A DNA stretch of 64,000 nucleotides, from NCBI RefSeq assembly GCF_004353825.1, contig NZ_SMNA01000012.1:62001-126000 (forward strand), in the 5' to 3' direction. Below the pieces are notes generated by a model that saw nothing but the letters and a program-made list of their open reading frames with translations, did no database searches and was not told the DNA's origin. The position numbers and the translations under genes were made by a program. Shown piece after piece: positions 46,649 to 54,746 of this stretch (positions within the stretch are counted from its first letter, which is position 1; every line of letters begins with the position of its first letter). Source of the DNA: Occultella glacieicola (GTDB lineage Bacteria; Actinomycetota; Actinomycetes; Actinomycetales; Beutenbergiaceae).

Positions 46649-47676
46649 GCACGACGAGCCCGGACCCGATCGGCGTCGGCATCGTCGGCATGGGCAACAG
46701 CGGCTGGTTCTACCACGCCGAGGGCACCCTCGAGCACAGCCCGGACTACACCATCGCGGCCGTGAACGCCCGGACCACCGAGCGCACCGAGGCGGCCGCG
46801 GCACGGTTCGGCGCGCGTGGCCACGCCACCTGGCAGGTCCTGATCGAGGACCCGGCCGTGCGGCTCGTGGTGATCGCGACCCCGCACCACCTGCACGAGC
46901 CGGTCGCGGTCGCCGCCCTGGAGGCCGGCAAGGACGTCGTCGTCGAGAAGCCGATGGCGGTCACCGCCGCCGAGACCGACCGGATGATCGCCACCGCCGA
47001 GCGCACTGGAAGGCTCCTGACGGTCTTCCAGAACCGCCGCTGGGAGCCGACCTTCCGGCTGATCCGGGAGCTCGTGGCGGCCGGGGAGATCGGAGACGTC
47101 TGGCGGGTCGAGGAACGCCGCATGCACGCCGGCAAGTACACCGTCTCCGCCGAACGGGCCCACGCCGGGACCGCGCTGGCCCAGTGGGCGCACACTACCG
47201 CCGGCGGTGGCGGCGTCGGCTACCTGATCGCGCCGCACCTGATCGACCACCAGGTGGTGCTGCACGGCGCCCGCCCGGAGTCCGTCGCGGCCCTCACCCA
47301 CACCTACCCCGGCGACGAGGTGGAGCACTACCTCGACCTGCGCCTGCGGTTCCCCGGGGCGCGGGATGCGCGGATCGAGATCTTCCGGGAGAACGCGGTG
47401 GATCTGCCGAAGTGGTCGGTGTTCGGGTCCGAGGGCACGATCGTGTGCCCGGACTTCCAGACCCTGCGCCTGGACCGCTCCGACGGGACCAGCCGGCTGG
47501 AGACCGGGTTGCGCCCCCTGCAGGCGTGCGACGAGTTCTACGAGGCGCTGGCCGTCGCGCTGCGGGACGGCGGTCCGCCGCCGGTGGACCCGAACGAGGC
47601 GGCGGTGGTGGTCGAGGTGCTCGAGGCAGCACACCGGTCAGCGGCAGCGGGTGGGGTCGTGGTCGATCTGCCGTAG
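46645..47676 (+). CDS. Gfo/Idh/MocA-family oxidoreductase
   Basis: VGIVGMGNSG, IATPHHLH, VEKP, VFQNRRW, HLID. Confidence 0.92.
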   Translation: MSTTSPDPIGVGIVGMGNSGWFYHAEGTLEHSPDYTIAAVNARTTERTEAAAARFGARGHATWQVLIEDPAVRLVVIATPHHLHEPVAVAALEAGKDVVVEKPMAVTAAETDRMIATAERTGRLLTVFQNRRWEPTFRLIRELVAAGEIGDVWRVEERRMHAGKYTVSAERAHAGTALAQWAHTTAGGGGVGYLIAPHLIDHQVVLHGARPESVAALTHTYPGDEVEHYLDLRLRFPGARDARIEIFRENAVDLPKWSVFGSEGTIVCPDFQTLRLDRSDGTSRLETGLRPLQACDEFYEALAVALRDGGPPPVDPNEAAVVVEVLEAAHRSAAAGGVVVDLP

Positions 47677-47715
47677 TGGCTTCACCAATGGTTGGTGCTG
47701 CCCCATGAGCCCGGG

Positions 47716-48477
47716 TCAGCCAGCGTCCAGCCGAAGCAGGGCACGGCGGTAGCTCTCATCCTCCCGGGTCGCGATCCGCCGGACCTCGGACGACGGGAGA
47801 GCCACCGCATCGCGCCCGGCCGCGAGCAGCAGCCGTGCCATCTTCACCACCATGAGCGTGACGTCCAGCGCAGCGTGCGCCGTCAAGGCATGTGCGACCA
47901 TCCCGTGACCCTCCAACAGCCAGACGTTCGAACAGCCGGTCCCCGCCCGAACCAGGTTCAGCGCCTGCTTCGCGAGTTCCAGGCCCGGATCGTGGTAGTC
48001 GAGAAGAACGGATCGTGTCCCGCACATCACCACGTGATCGGGGATCATGCGCTGCCGGGCCAGCTCCTCCCCGCGTCCGGCGGCCATCAGGGCAAGCACG
48101 GGTGTCGGATGGGTATGCAGGATGACCCCGGCACCGAGCTCCGCGCCGAGTACCGCATGCAGGCCGGCCTCAACGGACGGACGTGCGGCGGCCGGGTTCG
48201 CTCGGTCGACCAAGACCTCCTTCCAGTCGGCGTCGGTCGAACACTGCTCGATCCCGGCGACCAGGCGGTTGCGGCTCACCTCGACGAAGTCGGATGGCCG
48301 GAGATGGCTCAGGCGTGTGCCACTCGCCGTGACGTGGAAACGATCGTCCGGCGTCTGGACCGAGATGTTGCCTTCGGCCGCGACGACGAGGTCGCCGCCC
48401 GGGGCGCCGGCGGCTCTGGCCGTCTCCGCGGCCAACGCCAGCTCCTGGTCATCGGCGGCCGTCGTGTGGCTCACCAT
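47716..48477 (-). CDS. rhaD: Class II aldolase/adducin family protein, probable rhamnulose-1-phosphate aldolase
   Basis: EGNISV, TASG, RPSVEAGLH, HTHP, GHG (Zn ligands); third gene of the rha operon. Confidence 0.75.
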   Translation of the reverse strand: MVSHTTAADDQELALAAETARAAGAPGGDLVVAAEGNISVQTPDDRFHVTASGTRLSHLRPSDFVEVSRNRLVAGIEQCSTDADWKEVLVDRANPAAARPSVEAGLHAVLGAELGAGVILHTHPTPVLALMAAGRGEELARQRMIPDHVVMCGTRSVLLDYHDPGLELAKQALNLVRAGTGCSNVWLLEGHGMVAHALTAHAALDVTLMVVKMARLLLAAGRDAVALPSSEVRRIATREDESYRRALLRLDAG

Positions 48478-49649
48478 CCCGCCGGACTGCCGACACGGGT
48501 GCGTTCGCGGGCGAGTGCTGCGCCGGATCGCCGGTAGGCATCCAGTGGCTTGTCAGGCACGCCGAGCTGTTGCCGTGCCTGGAGAACGAGCGGCCGGCCG
48601 TCGGTCTGGTAGGCGTCGTCGATGATCTGGTTGCACCCGACCACGTCGCCGTCGGCCTGGGCACGTTCCAATTCGTCGAGATCGACCAGGAGTGCCTTGG
48701 CGAAGGCCAGTTGGACCGCATCGATGCTGCGCAGCATGGCCGACATCTTGTCCTCGACCATCGCGCACTGGTCGATCTTGTAGAGGATCTCGCGAGCGGG
48801 ACCCGCCACAACGGGGTCCGGGTCCTCCTCGGCCTTGATCAGCTCCAGACAGATCAGGAAGAGTTCGTGCGGGTTGACCGCGCCGACGAACAGGTCGTCG
48901 TCACCGTACTTCTTGCTGTTCAGGTCGAACCCGCCGAGCCGCCCGCGGCTGAGCAGGGTCGCGACGATGTGTTCGATGTTGGTCCCCAGCGGGTGATGCC
49001 CGATGTCCACCAGCACGCGCGCCCGAGGTCCGAGCGATTCGCACAGCAGGAGCGACTGTCCCCAGTCGGCGATGTCGGTGTGGTAGAAGGCAGGTTCGAA
49101 GAACTTGTACTCGAGCAGCAGGGACATGTCGTTCGGCAGGTGGCCGTAGATCTCGGCCAGTCCTTCCTCGAGCCATCGGCGCCGGCGCCGGAAGTCCCCT
49201 TGCCCCGGGTAGTTGGTGCCGTCGGCCAACCAGAGTGAGATCTGGTGCGATCCCGTGGATTGAGCGATGGCGATGCAGTCGACTACGTGGCCGATCGCCT
49301 GGGCGCGGATGGACGCGTCGACGTTGGTGAGGGAGCCGAGCCTGTAGTTGTCCTCCTGGAACAGGTTCGGACTGATCGAGCCGATTCGCACACCTCGCTG
49401 TTGTGCGTACGTGGCGAGCGCGGCGTAGTCGTCAACGGCATCCCATGGGATGTGCAGGGCCACGGTCGGTGTGACACCGGTCAGTTGGTGAACCTCGGCG
49501 GCGTCCTCGATCTTCTCCCAGACGTCTCTGGCTGTTCCAGGCGTGTCGAAGACCTTGAAGCGGGTGCCGGTGCTGACGTATCCCCACGACTGCGTCTCGA
49601 TGGCCAGCCTGACGACTCTGTCGACGACTTCCTGCGGGTCCCGGGTCAT
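48471..49649 (-). CDS. rhaI: L-rhamnose isomerase (actinobacterial/rhizobial RhaI type)
   Basis: SWGYVSTGTRFKVF, VALHIPWD, WLADGTNYPGQ, EYKFFEPAFYHTDIADWG, KYGDDDL, DQ. Confidence 0.92.
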   Translation of the reverse strand: MTRDPQEVVDRVVRLAIETQSWGYVSTGTRFKVFDTPGTARDVWEKIEDAAEVHQLTGVTPTVALHIPWDAVDDYAALATYAQQRGVRIGSISPNLFQEDNYRLGSLTNVDASIRAQAIGHVVDCIAIAQSTGSHQISLWLADGTNYPGQGDFRRRRRWLEEGLAEIYGHLPNDMSLLLEYKFFEPAFYHTDIADWGQSLLLCESLGPRARVLVDIGHHPLGTNIEHIVATLLSRGRLGGFDLNSKKYGDDDLFVGAVNPHELFLICLELIKAEEDPDPVVAGPAREILYKIDQCAMVEDKMSAMLRSIDAVQLAFAKALLVDLDELERAQADGDVVGCNQIIDDAYQTDGRPLVLQARQQLGVPDKPLDAYRRSGAALARERTRVGSPAGW

Positions 49650-51052
49650 GCGGTGTCCTCTCGTGGGTTCGGCTGCTGGTCGGGTTCGTATCTGTGAACG
49701 GTCTGGGTATGGCTGACGAGTGCCCGGCAGGCTGGGGTGTCCTGGACGCTGCCCAGGGCACGCGCCTGGAGCAGGGCGTTTCCGAGCAGGGATGCCTCCA
49801 CCGGTCCGGCGAGAACGGTCCGGCCGGCGGCGGTGGCCAGGGCTCGTCCGAGGATCGGCAGGGCAGCACCACCGCCCACGAGATGGATGGCCTGGCCCCG
49901 GGTTCCGAGCATGGCCTCGAGGTCCTCGATCGCTCGCACGAATGTCAGGACCAGGCTGTCGATGATGGCTCGCACCATCTCGGCACGATTCGCCGGACCC
50001 CGGCCGGACCTCTCCCGGGTCAGCTCGGCGATGAGGGTCGGCATGTCCTCGGGTGCGAACAGGCGGGGATCCTCGCTGTCGAAGACCAACTGGCCCGCCG
50101 GAAGCACAGCGGCGGCCGCGAGCAACGGGTCCGCGGGCGTGTCGGTCCAACGGCCCAGGCACTGGTTCAACAGCCACAGCCCGGCCGCATTGCGGTGGAT
50201 CGTGCTGACTCCGTCGACACCGAGTTCGTTGACGAATCCGGTACCGAGCGCGCTCTCGGCGGGGAGGCGCTCGGCCGACTCGACTCCGACGAGGGCCCAC
50301 GTTCCGCACGAGATATAGATGAAGTCGTCGCTTCCGGCAGGAGTGGCCACGATGGCTGATGCGGTGTCATGCCCGGCGACCGTCACGAGCGGCGTCCGGC
50401 CCGCCACGCCTAATTGGTCACACAGGTGCGGCAGGAGCTCGCCCCGGACGGTGCCGCACGGCTGTACCTGTGGCATCGCGTTCCGGTGGATGCCCACGTT
50501 GGCCAACAGCTCCGCTGACCAGCCCAGCGTCCGGAGATCGAACAACTGGGTGGTGCTCGCCCACGAGCAGTCGGTCGCTGCGTGGCCAGTCAGGCGATAT
50601 GCGACAAGATCACCGATCGACAGCAACTTGGCGGTCCTGCCGAGTGTCGGCTTGGGCTCAGTGAGCAGTTGGGCAGCGGTGCTGAAGTCATGGGGCATCA
50701 GGCCCGTGATCGCCCTCGTCCTGCGCTCGTCGAAGCGACGGCTCACTCCCCGCGTCCGCGTGTCCCGGTATCGGAAGGGCGCGCCGATGAGGGAGCCACC
50801 TCGCTCGAGCAAGCCATAGTCGGCCCCCCACGCGTCGATGCCGACGCTGTCGATCGGCCCGTGGTCAGCAACCTGCCGAGCGGCGTCGAGCGTGAGCGTC
50901 ATGAGTTCCTCGAAGTCCCACCGCGCACCGCGGCTGTCCGAGGTCGGCGTGGCGAACCTGATCAGGTCGAGCACCCTCAACTCGGACTCATCGACGTGGA
51001 CACGAGCGACGCGACCGCTCGTTGCGCCCAGGTCGATCGCCATTGCGTGCAT
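49646..51052 (-). CDS. rhaB: Rhamnulokinase (FGGY family)
   Basis: AIDLGATSGR, GIDAWGADY, YRDTRT, GHDTASA, ISCGTWALVG, NELG, GPVEASLLGN. Confidence 0.92.
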   Translation of the reverse strand: MHAMAIDLGATSGRVARVHVDESELRVLDLIRFATPTSDSRGARWDFEELMTLTLDAARQVADHGPIDSVGIDAWGADYGLLERGGSLIGAPFRYRDTRTRGVSRRFDERRTRAITGLMPHDFSTAAQLLTEPKPTLGRTAKLLSIGDLVAYRLTGHAATDCSWASTTQLFDLRTLGWSAELLANVGIHRNAMPQVQPCGTVRGELLPHLCDQLGVAGRTPLVTVAGHDTASAIVATPAGSDDFIYISCGTWALVGVESAERLPAESALGTGFVNELGVDGVSTIHRNAAGLWLLNQCLGRWTDTPADPLLAAAAVLPAGQLVFDSEDPRLFAPEDMPTLIAELTRERSGRGPANRAEMVRAIIDSLVLTFVRAIEDLEAMLGTRGQAIHLVGGGAALPILGRALATAAGRTVLAGPVEASLLGNALLQARALGSVQDTPACRALVSHTQTVHRYEPDQQPNPREDTA

Positions 51053-51061
51053 CGTCGCTCC

Positions 51062-51075
51062 TTGGACCGCTCCAA
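51062..51075. promoter_or_regulatory. LacI-type operator upstream of rhaB
   Basis: Pseudo-palindrome TTGGACCGCTCCAA with a central CG. Confidence 0.7.
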
Positions 51076-51181
51076 TACCCCTGGCCAGCGAACCTAGGCG
51101 CGGGCAGAGGTCGCCGTCAAGAGCCCGTTCGATCGCGAGCTAATCTTCGCCGTGATGCTTCAGTTCAGGCTGCGAAGTGCC

Positions 51182-51231
51182 TTGACAGCACCTGCAGAAC
51201 CTGCCACCGTTCAAAGGTTGAATCGCTCCAA
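51182..51231 (+). promoter_or_regulatory. Promoter (TTGACA-17 bp-CACCGT) and second LacI-type operator
   Basis: TTGACA 51182-51187, CACCGT 51205-51210, operator TTGAATCGCTCCAA 51218-51231 matching 51062-51075. Confidence 0.7.
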
Positions 51232-51269
51232 TGCTTGGATTCGAACGTCCCCACAACGGAGAGTGGACA

Positions 51270-53651
51270 ATGCGACACACCAGCACACCGGAGACCCTCG
51301 TCCCGCCGACACCTGACAGTCCACGTGGCATCGTGACCCGACGCACTGCCCTACGCGCGGGCGCCGCGCTCGGTGCGACGGTAGGGGTCCTTGGTACGGC
51401 CCAGGCGGCACATGCCAACGGTCAGGCGAGCGGGCACCGCCGCCTGCCGCTCGCCCGGGGCGGGCGAACCTCCTATAGCGTCTACCTCGGAGCCGAGGAG
51501 AGTCCCGTCGCGCGACACGCGGCGCAGGAATTGGTCGACTACCTCGGCGAGATCACCGGTGCATCGTTCCCGCTCGTCGTGGCGCCCGAACCGCCGCGGT
51601 CCGGGCAACTGATCGTCGTCGGCCGTCATAACCCCGTGGCCGTTGCCGCGGACCTGCCCTTCGCGGACCTCTCCGATGACGGCTTCTGCCTGCGCACGGT
51701 CGACACCGACCCCGAGGCGAGCGACCGCGCCAGCATCCTCATCGCGGGCGCCGGCGACCGGGGCACGCTCTACGGCGTCTACTGGTTCCTGGATCGCCTG
51801 TGCGGCGTTCGGTGGTTCGGCCCCGAGTACACGGTCGTTCCGCGCCAGCGGGTGCTGACGCTGCGGCAGTCGGAGGTGAACGCCGTCAAGGTGCCGCGGT
51901 TCCGCTTCCGGGAGGTGTTCGCGGCGGATGGTGCGGACCAGGCGTTCCGGCACCGCAACCTGCTGAACGGCAACAGTCACCACCTGCGCGAGCAGCCATG
52001 CCCGCCGGAGCTCGATAGCTGGTCCGACTTCTGGCCCTACGAGGCACACAACTTCCACCAGATCGTGTCGGACCAGAGTTTGTGGCACGGCGGTCAGCTC
52101 TTGGCGATGGAACCGGCGACCCGTGATCAGGCCACCGCCGAACTGATCCAGCGGATCGACGCGAAGATCGAGGAGGGCCGCGACCCGTCGTTCGGGTTCA
52201 GCCAGATGGACTGGTCATGGCAGCCGGACGCGGACAGTGCCGCCTTCGCCGACGCGCACGGCGGGGCACTGTCGGCACCGATCATCGACATGCTGAACGA
52301 GGTCGCGGACGAGGTCGGTCAAGTGATCCCGGACGCCCGACTGGCCACCCTTGCGTACCAGTTCACCTTCCGCCCACCGACCGGCCTGGAAGTCAGCGAC
52401 CGGGTCCTCATCACCGCGGCACCGATCTGGGCCGACTTCGCTCACCCCCTGTTCGGCGAGGGCAACCCCGAGACGGCGGCCGACCTGGACGGGTGGACCC
52501 AGCTCACCGACCAGATCGTCGTCTGGACCTACAACACGAACTTCGAGAACTACCTGCTGCCGTTCCCGAACTGGTGGACGATGTGCGAGTCGCTGAAGCA
52601 ACTGGCCGAGAGATCGGTCCAGGGGTACTTCGGTCAGGCCGCCTGGGACAACGGCGGCGGCGCCGAGACCGCCGAGCTGCGCGCCTGGGTCCTCGCACGG
52701 CTGCTCTGGGACCCCGAGCTCGAACCCGACGAACTCATCAGGGAGTTCGTCGACAACTACTACGGCGCCGGCGGCACTCAGGTCTATGAGTACCTGGAAC
52801 TGCTGGCCGACTCGGTCACCTCGACCGGAGCGGCACTGCCCTGCTACATCTCGTCGGTCGCGCCTGCGTACCTGCCCTTCGAGACGGTGTGGCAGGCGGA
52901 CCTGCTCCTCGACCGCGCGGAGCGGAACGTCCGCCGTGACGAAATCCTGCTCACGCACGTGCGGATCCTGCGGATGGGCCTCGACATGGTCATCCTCCTG
53001 CGCCGCAACGAGCTCGCCAGCGCCGCGGCAGAACACGACATCCGTTGGGACCTAGAGATCGATCGTCGGATCGCCCGGTTCAACGGCGCACTCGACGCCT
53101 CGGGAATGACCGCTTTCCGGGAGATCCTTGCCGGCGCCGCGTTGGGCGACGTCGACTGGCTTCGCCGGTTGGTCAGCATCACGCCCAGCCCGGCAGCGCC
53201 GCCCGCCGAGGTCGCGGGCCTGCCCGCGAGCGACTGGGTCGACTATCAGGAGCTGGACTTCACGCTCTATCCCTTGAACGCCGACGTCGTCGAGGACGCG
53301 GCCGCCTCGAGCGGATACGCGGCCCGGATGACCGGCGGTTCGATCGACTGGGGGATCCAGCTCGAGCTGAGCCTGCTTCCGCCGGACATCGACTGGACGG
53401 TCTATGTTGTGGTCCGTGCCGACACCCAGTCCGAGGATCCGACAGCTCGCGCTATGTCGATCGGCGTCTACCCGCCGTTCGGCAACTACATCGATCTCAG
53501 CGTCGGACAATTCTCGGACGGCGCCTTCCACACGATCGAGGTGCCCGGGACCTACCGGAGCGACAGTGCGGAGGTCGTCTGGGTCCAACCCCCCGGCTCG
53601 ACCGCCATCTCCCACCTGTACGTCGACCGGATCTTCGCGGTCAGGGCGTAG
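51270..53651 (+). CDS. Tat-secreted DUF4838-like putative glycoside hydrolase
   Basis: Tat signal TRRTALR...AHA; N-terminal zincin-like GH20/GH67-type domain (AAQELVDYLGEITG, RGTLYGVYWFL..CGVRWF); core TLAY, WVLARLLWDP, YYG; C-terminal beta-rich domain ending LYVDRIF. Confidence 0.75.
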   Translation: MRHTSTPETLVPPTPDSPRGIVTRRTALRAGAALGATVGVLGTAQAAHANGQASGHRRLPLARGGRTSYSVYLGAEESPVARHAAQELVDYLGEITGASFPLVVAPEPPRSGQLIVVGRHNPVAVAADLPFADLSDDGFCLRTVDTDPEASDRASILIAGAGDRGTLYGVYWFLDRLCGVRWFGPEYTVVPRQRVLTLRQSEVNAVKVPRFRFREVFAADGADQAFRHRNLLNGNSHHLREQPCPPELDSWSDFWPYEAHNFHQIVSDQSLWHGGQLLAMEPATRDQATAELIQRIDAKIEEGRDPSFGFSQMDWSWQPDADSAAFADAHGGALSAPIIDMLNEVADEVGQVIPDARLATLAYQFTFRPPTGLEVSDRVLITAAPIWADFAHPLFGEGNPETAADLDGWTQLTDQIVVWTYNTNFENYLLPFPNWWTMCESLKQLAERSVQGYFGQAAWDNGGGAETAELRAWVLARLLWDPELEPDELIREFVDNYYGAGGTQVYEYLELLADSVTSTGAALPCYISSVAPAYLPFETVWQADLLLDRAERNVRRDEILLTHVRILRMGLDMVILLRRNELASAAAEHDIRWDLEIDRRIARFNGALDASGMTAFREILAGAALGDVDWLRRLVSITPSPAAPPAEVAGLPASDWVDYQELDFTLYPLNADVVEDAAASSGYAARMTGGSIDWGIQLELSLLPPDIDWTVYVVVRADTQSEDPTARAMSIGVYPPFGNYIDLSVGQFSDGAFHTIEVPGTYRSDSAEVVWVQPPGSTAISHLYVDRIFAVRA

Positions 53652-53657
53652 CACTTC

Positions 53658-54656
53658 GTGGTGAACATCGAGGACGTGGCCCGGCTGGCCGCCGTCGGCC
53701 GCTCGACGGTCAGCAACGTCATGAACCGGCCGCACATCGTCGCCCCAGCGACGCGCAAGCGCGTCCTCGATGCCATGGAGAACCTGGGATTCGTGCCGAA
53801 CGAGTCCGCCCGCGTGCTCGCGGGCGGACCCGGTCGTTTCGTCGGCGTGGTCGTCCACGACGCCTCGAACCCGTTCTTCGGGGAGATCATCCGCACGGTC
53901 GAGGACGCCGCTCTCAACCTTCGCTACATCGTCTCCACCACGAACACCGGCGCGGACCCGGTGCGCGAGTCGACGGCCGTGGAGCTGCTCATCCAGCAAC
54001 GCGCCTCGGGGGTCCTGATCACCCCCTCGGCCCTGCCCGCCGATGCCCTCGGCCGCCTGCGCCGCATCGGCACGAAGGTCGTGGTGCTCGACGCACCCGG
54101 AGAGTCCGGCACCTGTTCGGTGGCCATGGATGACACGGCCGGTGGCCGGCTGGCGGGTCAACACTTCCTCGACTACGGCTACCGGAGCTTCGCGTTCATA
54201 GGCACGCCGGCGCGCACGACGCAGCACGCCGCGCGCCTGGCCGGGTTCCGGGCGGCGCTCGAGGAGAGCCCGTTGGGTCGCCGCCTCGACGTCCAGGTGA
54301 TCGAGGTTCCTCACGAGGACATCGTCAGCGGTCGGCAGGCGGCGGAGCGGCTCCAGCACCGGGACTCCCCCGTCGCCGTGCTCTGCGGCAACGACCTGAT
54401 CGCCATGGGCCTGTCCTTCGCCCTGCAGGAACGCGGCACGGTCGTCCCCCAGGATGTGACGATCTGCGGCTACGACGACATCGACATGGTGCGCTACCTC
54501 AGCGTTCCCCTCACCACCGTGCGCCAGCCCGTGCGCGACATGGCGCGCACCGCCCTCGACCTCCTGGTCGAGGAGATGAGGAGCCCCGAGCACGAGCACC
54601 AGGCCGTGCTGTTCGCCCCGGAACTCATGATCCGAGCCTCGACCGCCCGCCAGTAG
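53658..54656 (+). CDS. LacI-family transcriptional regulator (probable rhamnose regulon repressor)
   Basis: NIEDVARLAAVGRSTVSNVMN, CGNDLIA, VPQDVTICGYDD, LTTVRQP, LMIRAST. Confidence 0.95.
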   Translation: MVNIEDVARLAAVGRSTVSNVMNRPHIVAPATRKRVLDAMENLGFVPNESARVLAGGPGRFVGVVVHDASNPFFGEIIRTVEDAALNLRYIVSTTNTGADPVRESTAVELLIQQRASGVLITPSALPADALGRLRRIGTKVVVLDAPGESGTCSVAMDDTAGGRLAGQHFLDYGYRSFAFIGTPARTTQHAARLAGFRAALEESPLGRRLDVQVIEVPHEDIVSGRQAAERLQHRDSPVAVLCGNDLIAMGLSFALQERGTVVPQDVTICGYDDIDMVRYLSVPLTTVRQPVRDMARTALDLLVEEMRSPEHEHQAVLFAPELMIRASTARQ

Positions 54657-54746
54657 CCGTCGCACGCTGTTCCAGGGTTGCCGTCCTGAAGACGCGGACC
54701 GCTCCCCCTCGCCGCATCACCGAAGGAGACGATCATTCCTGACTGC

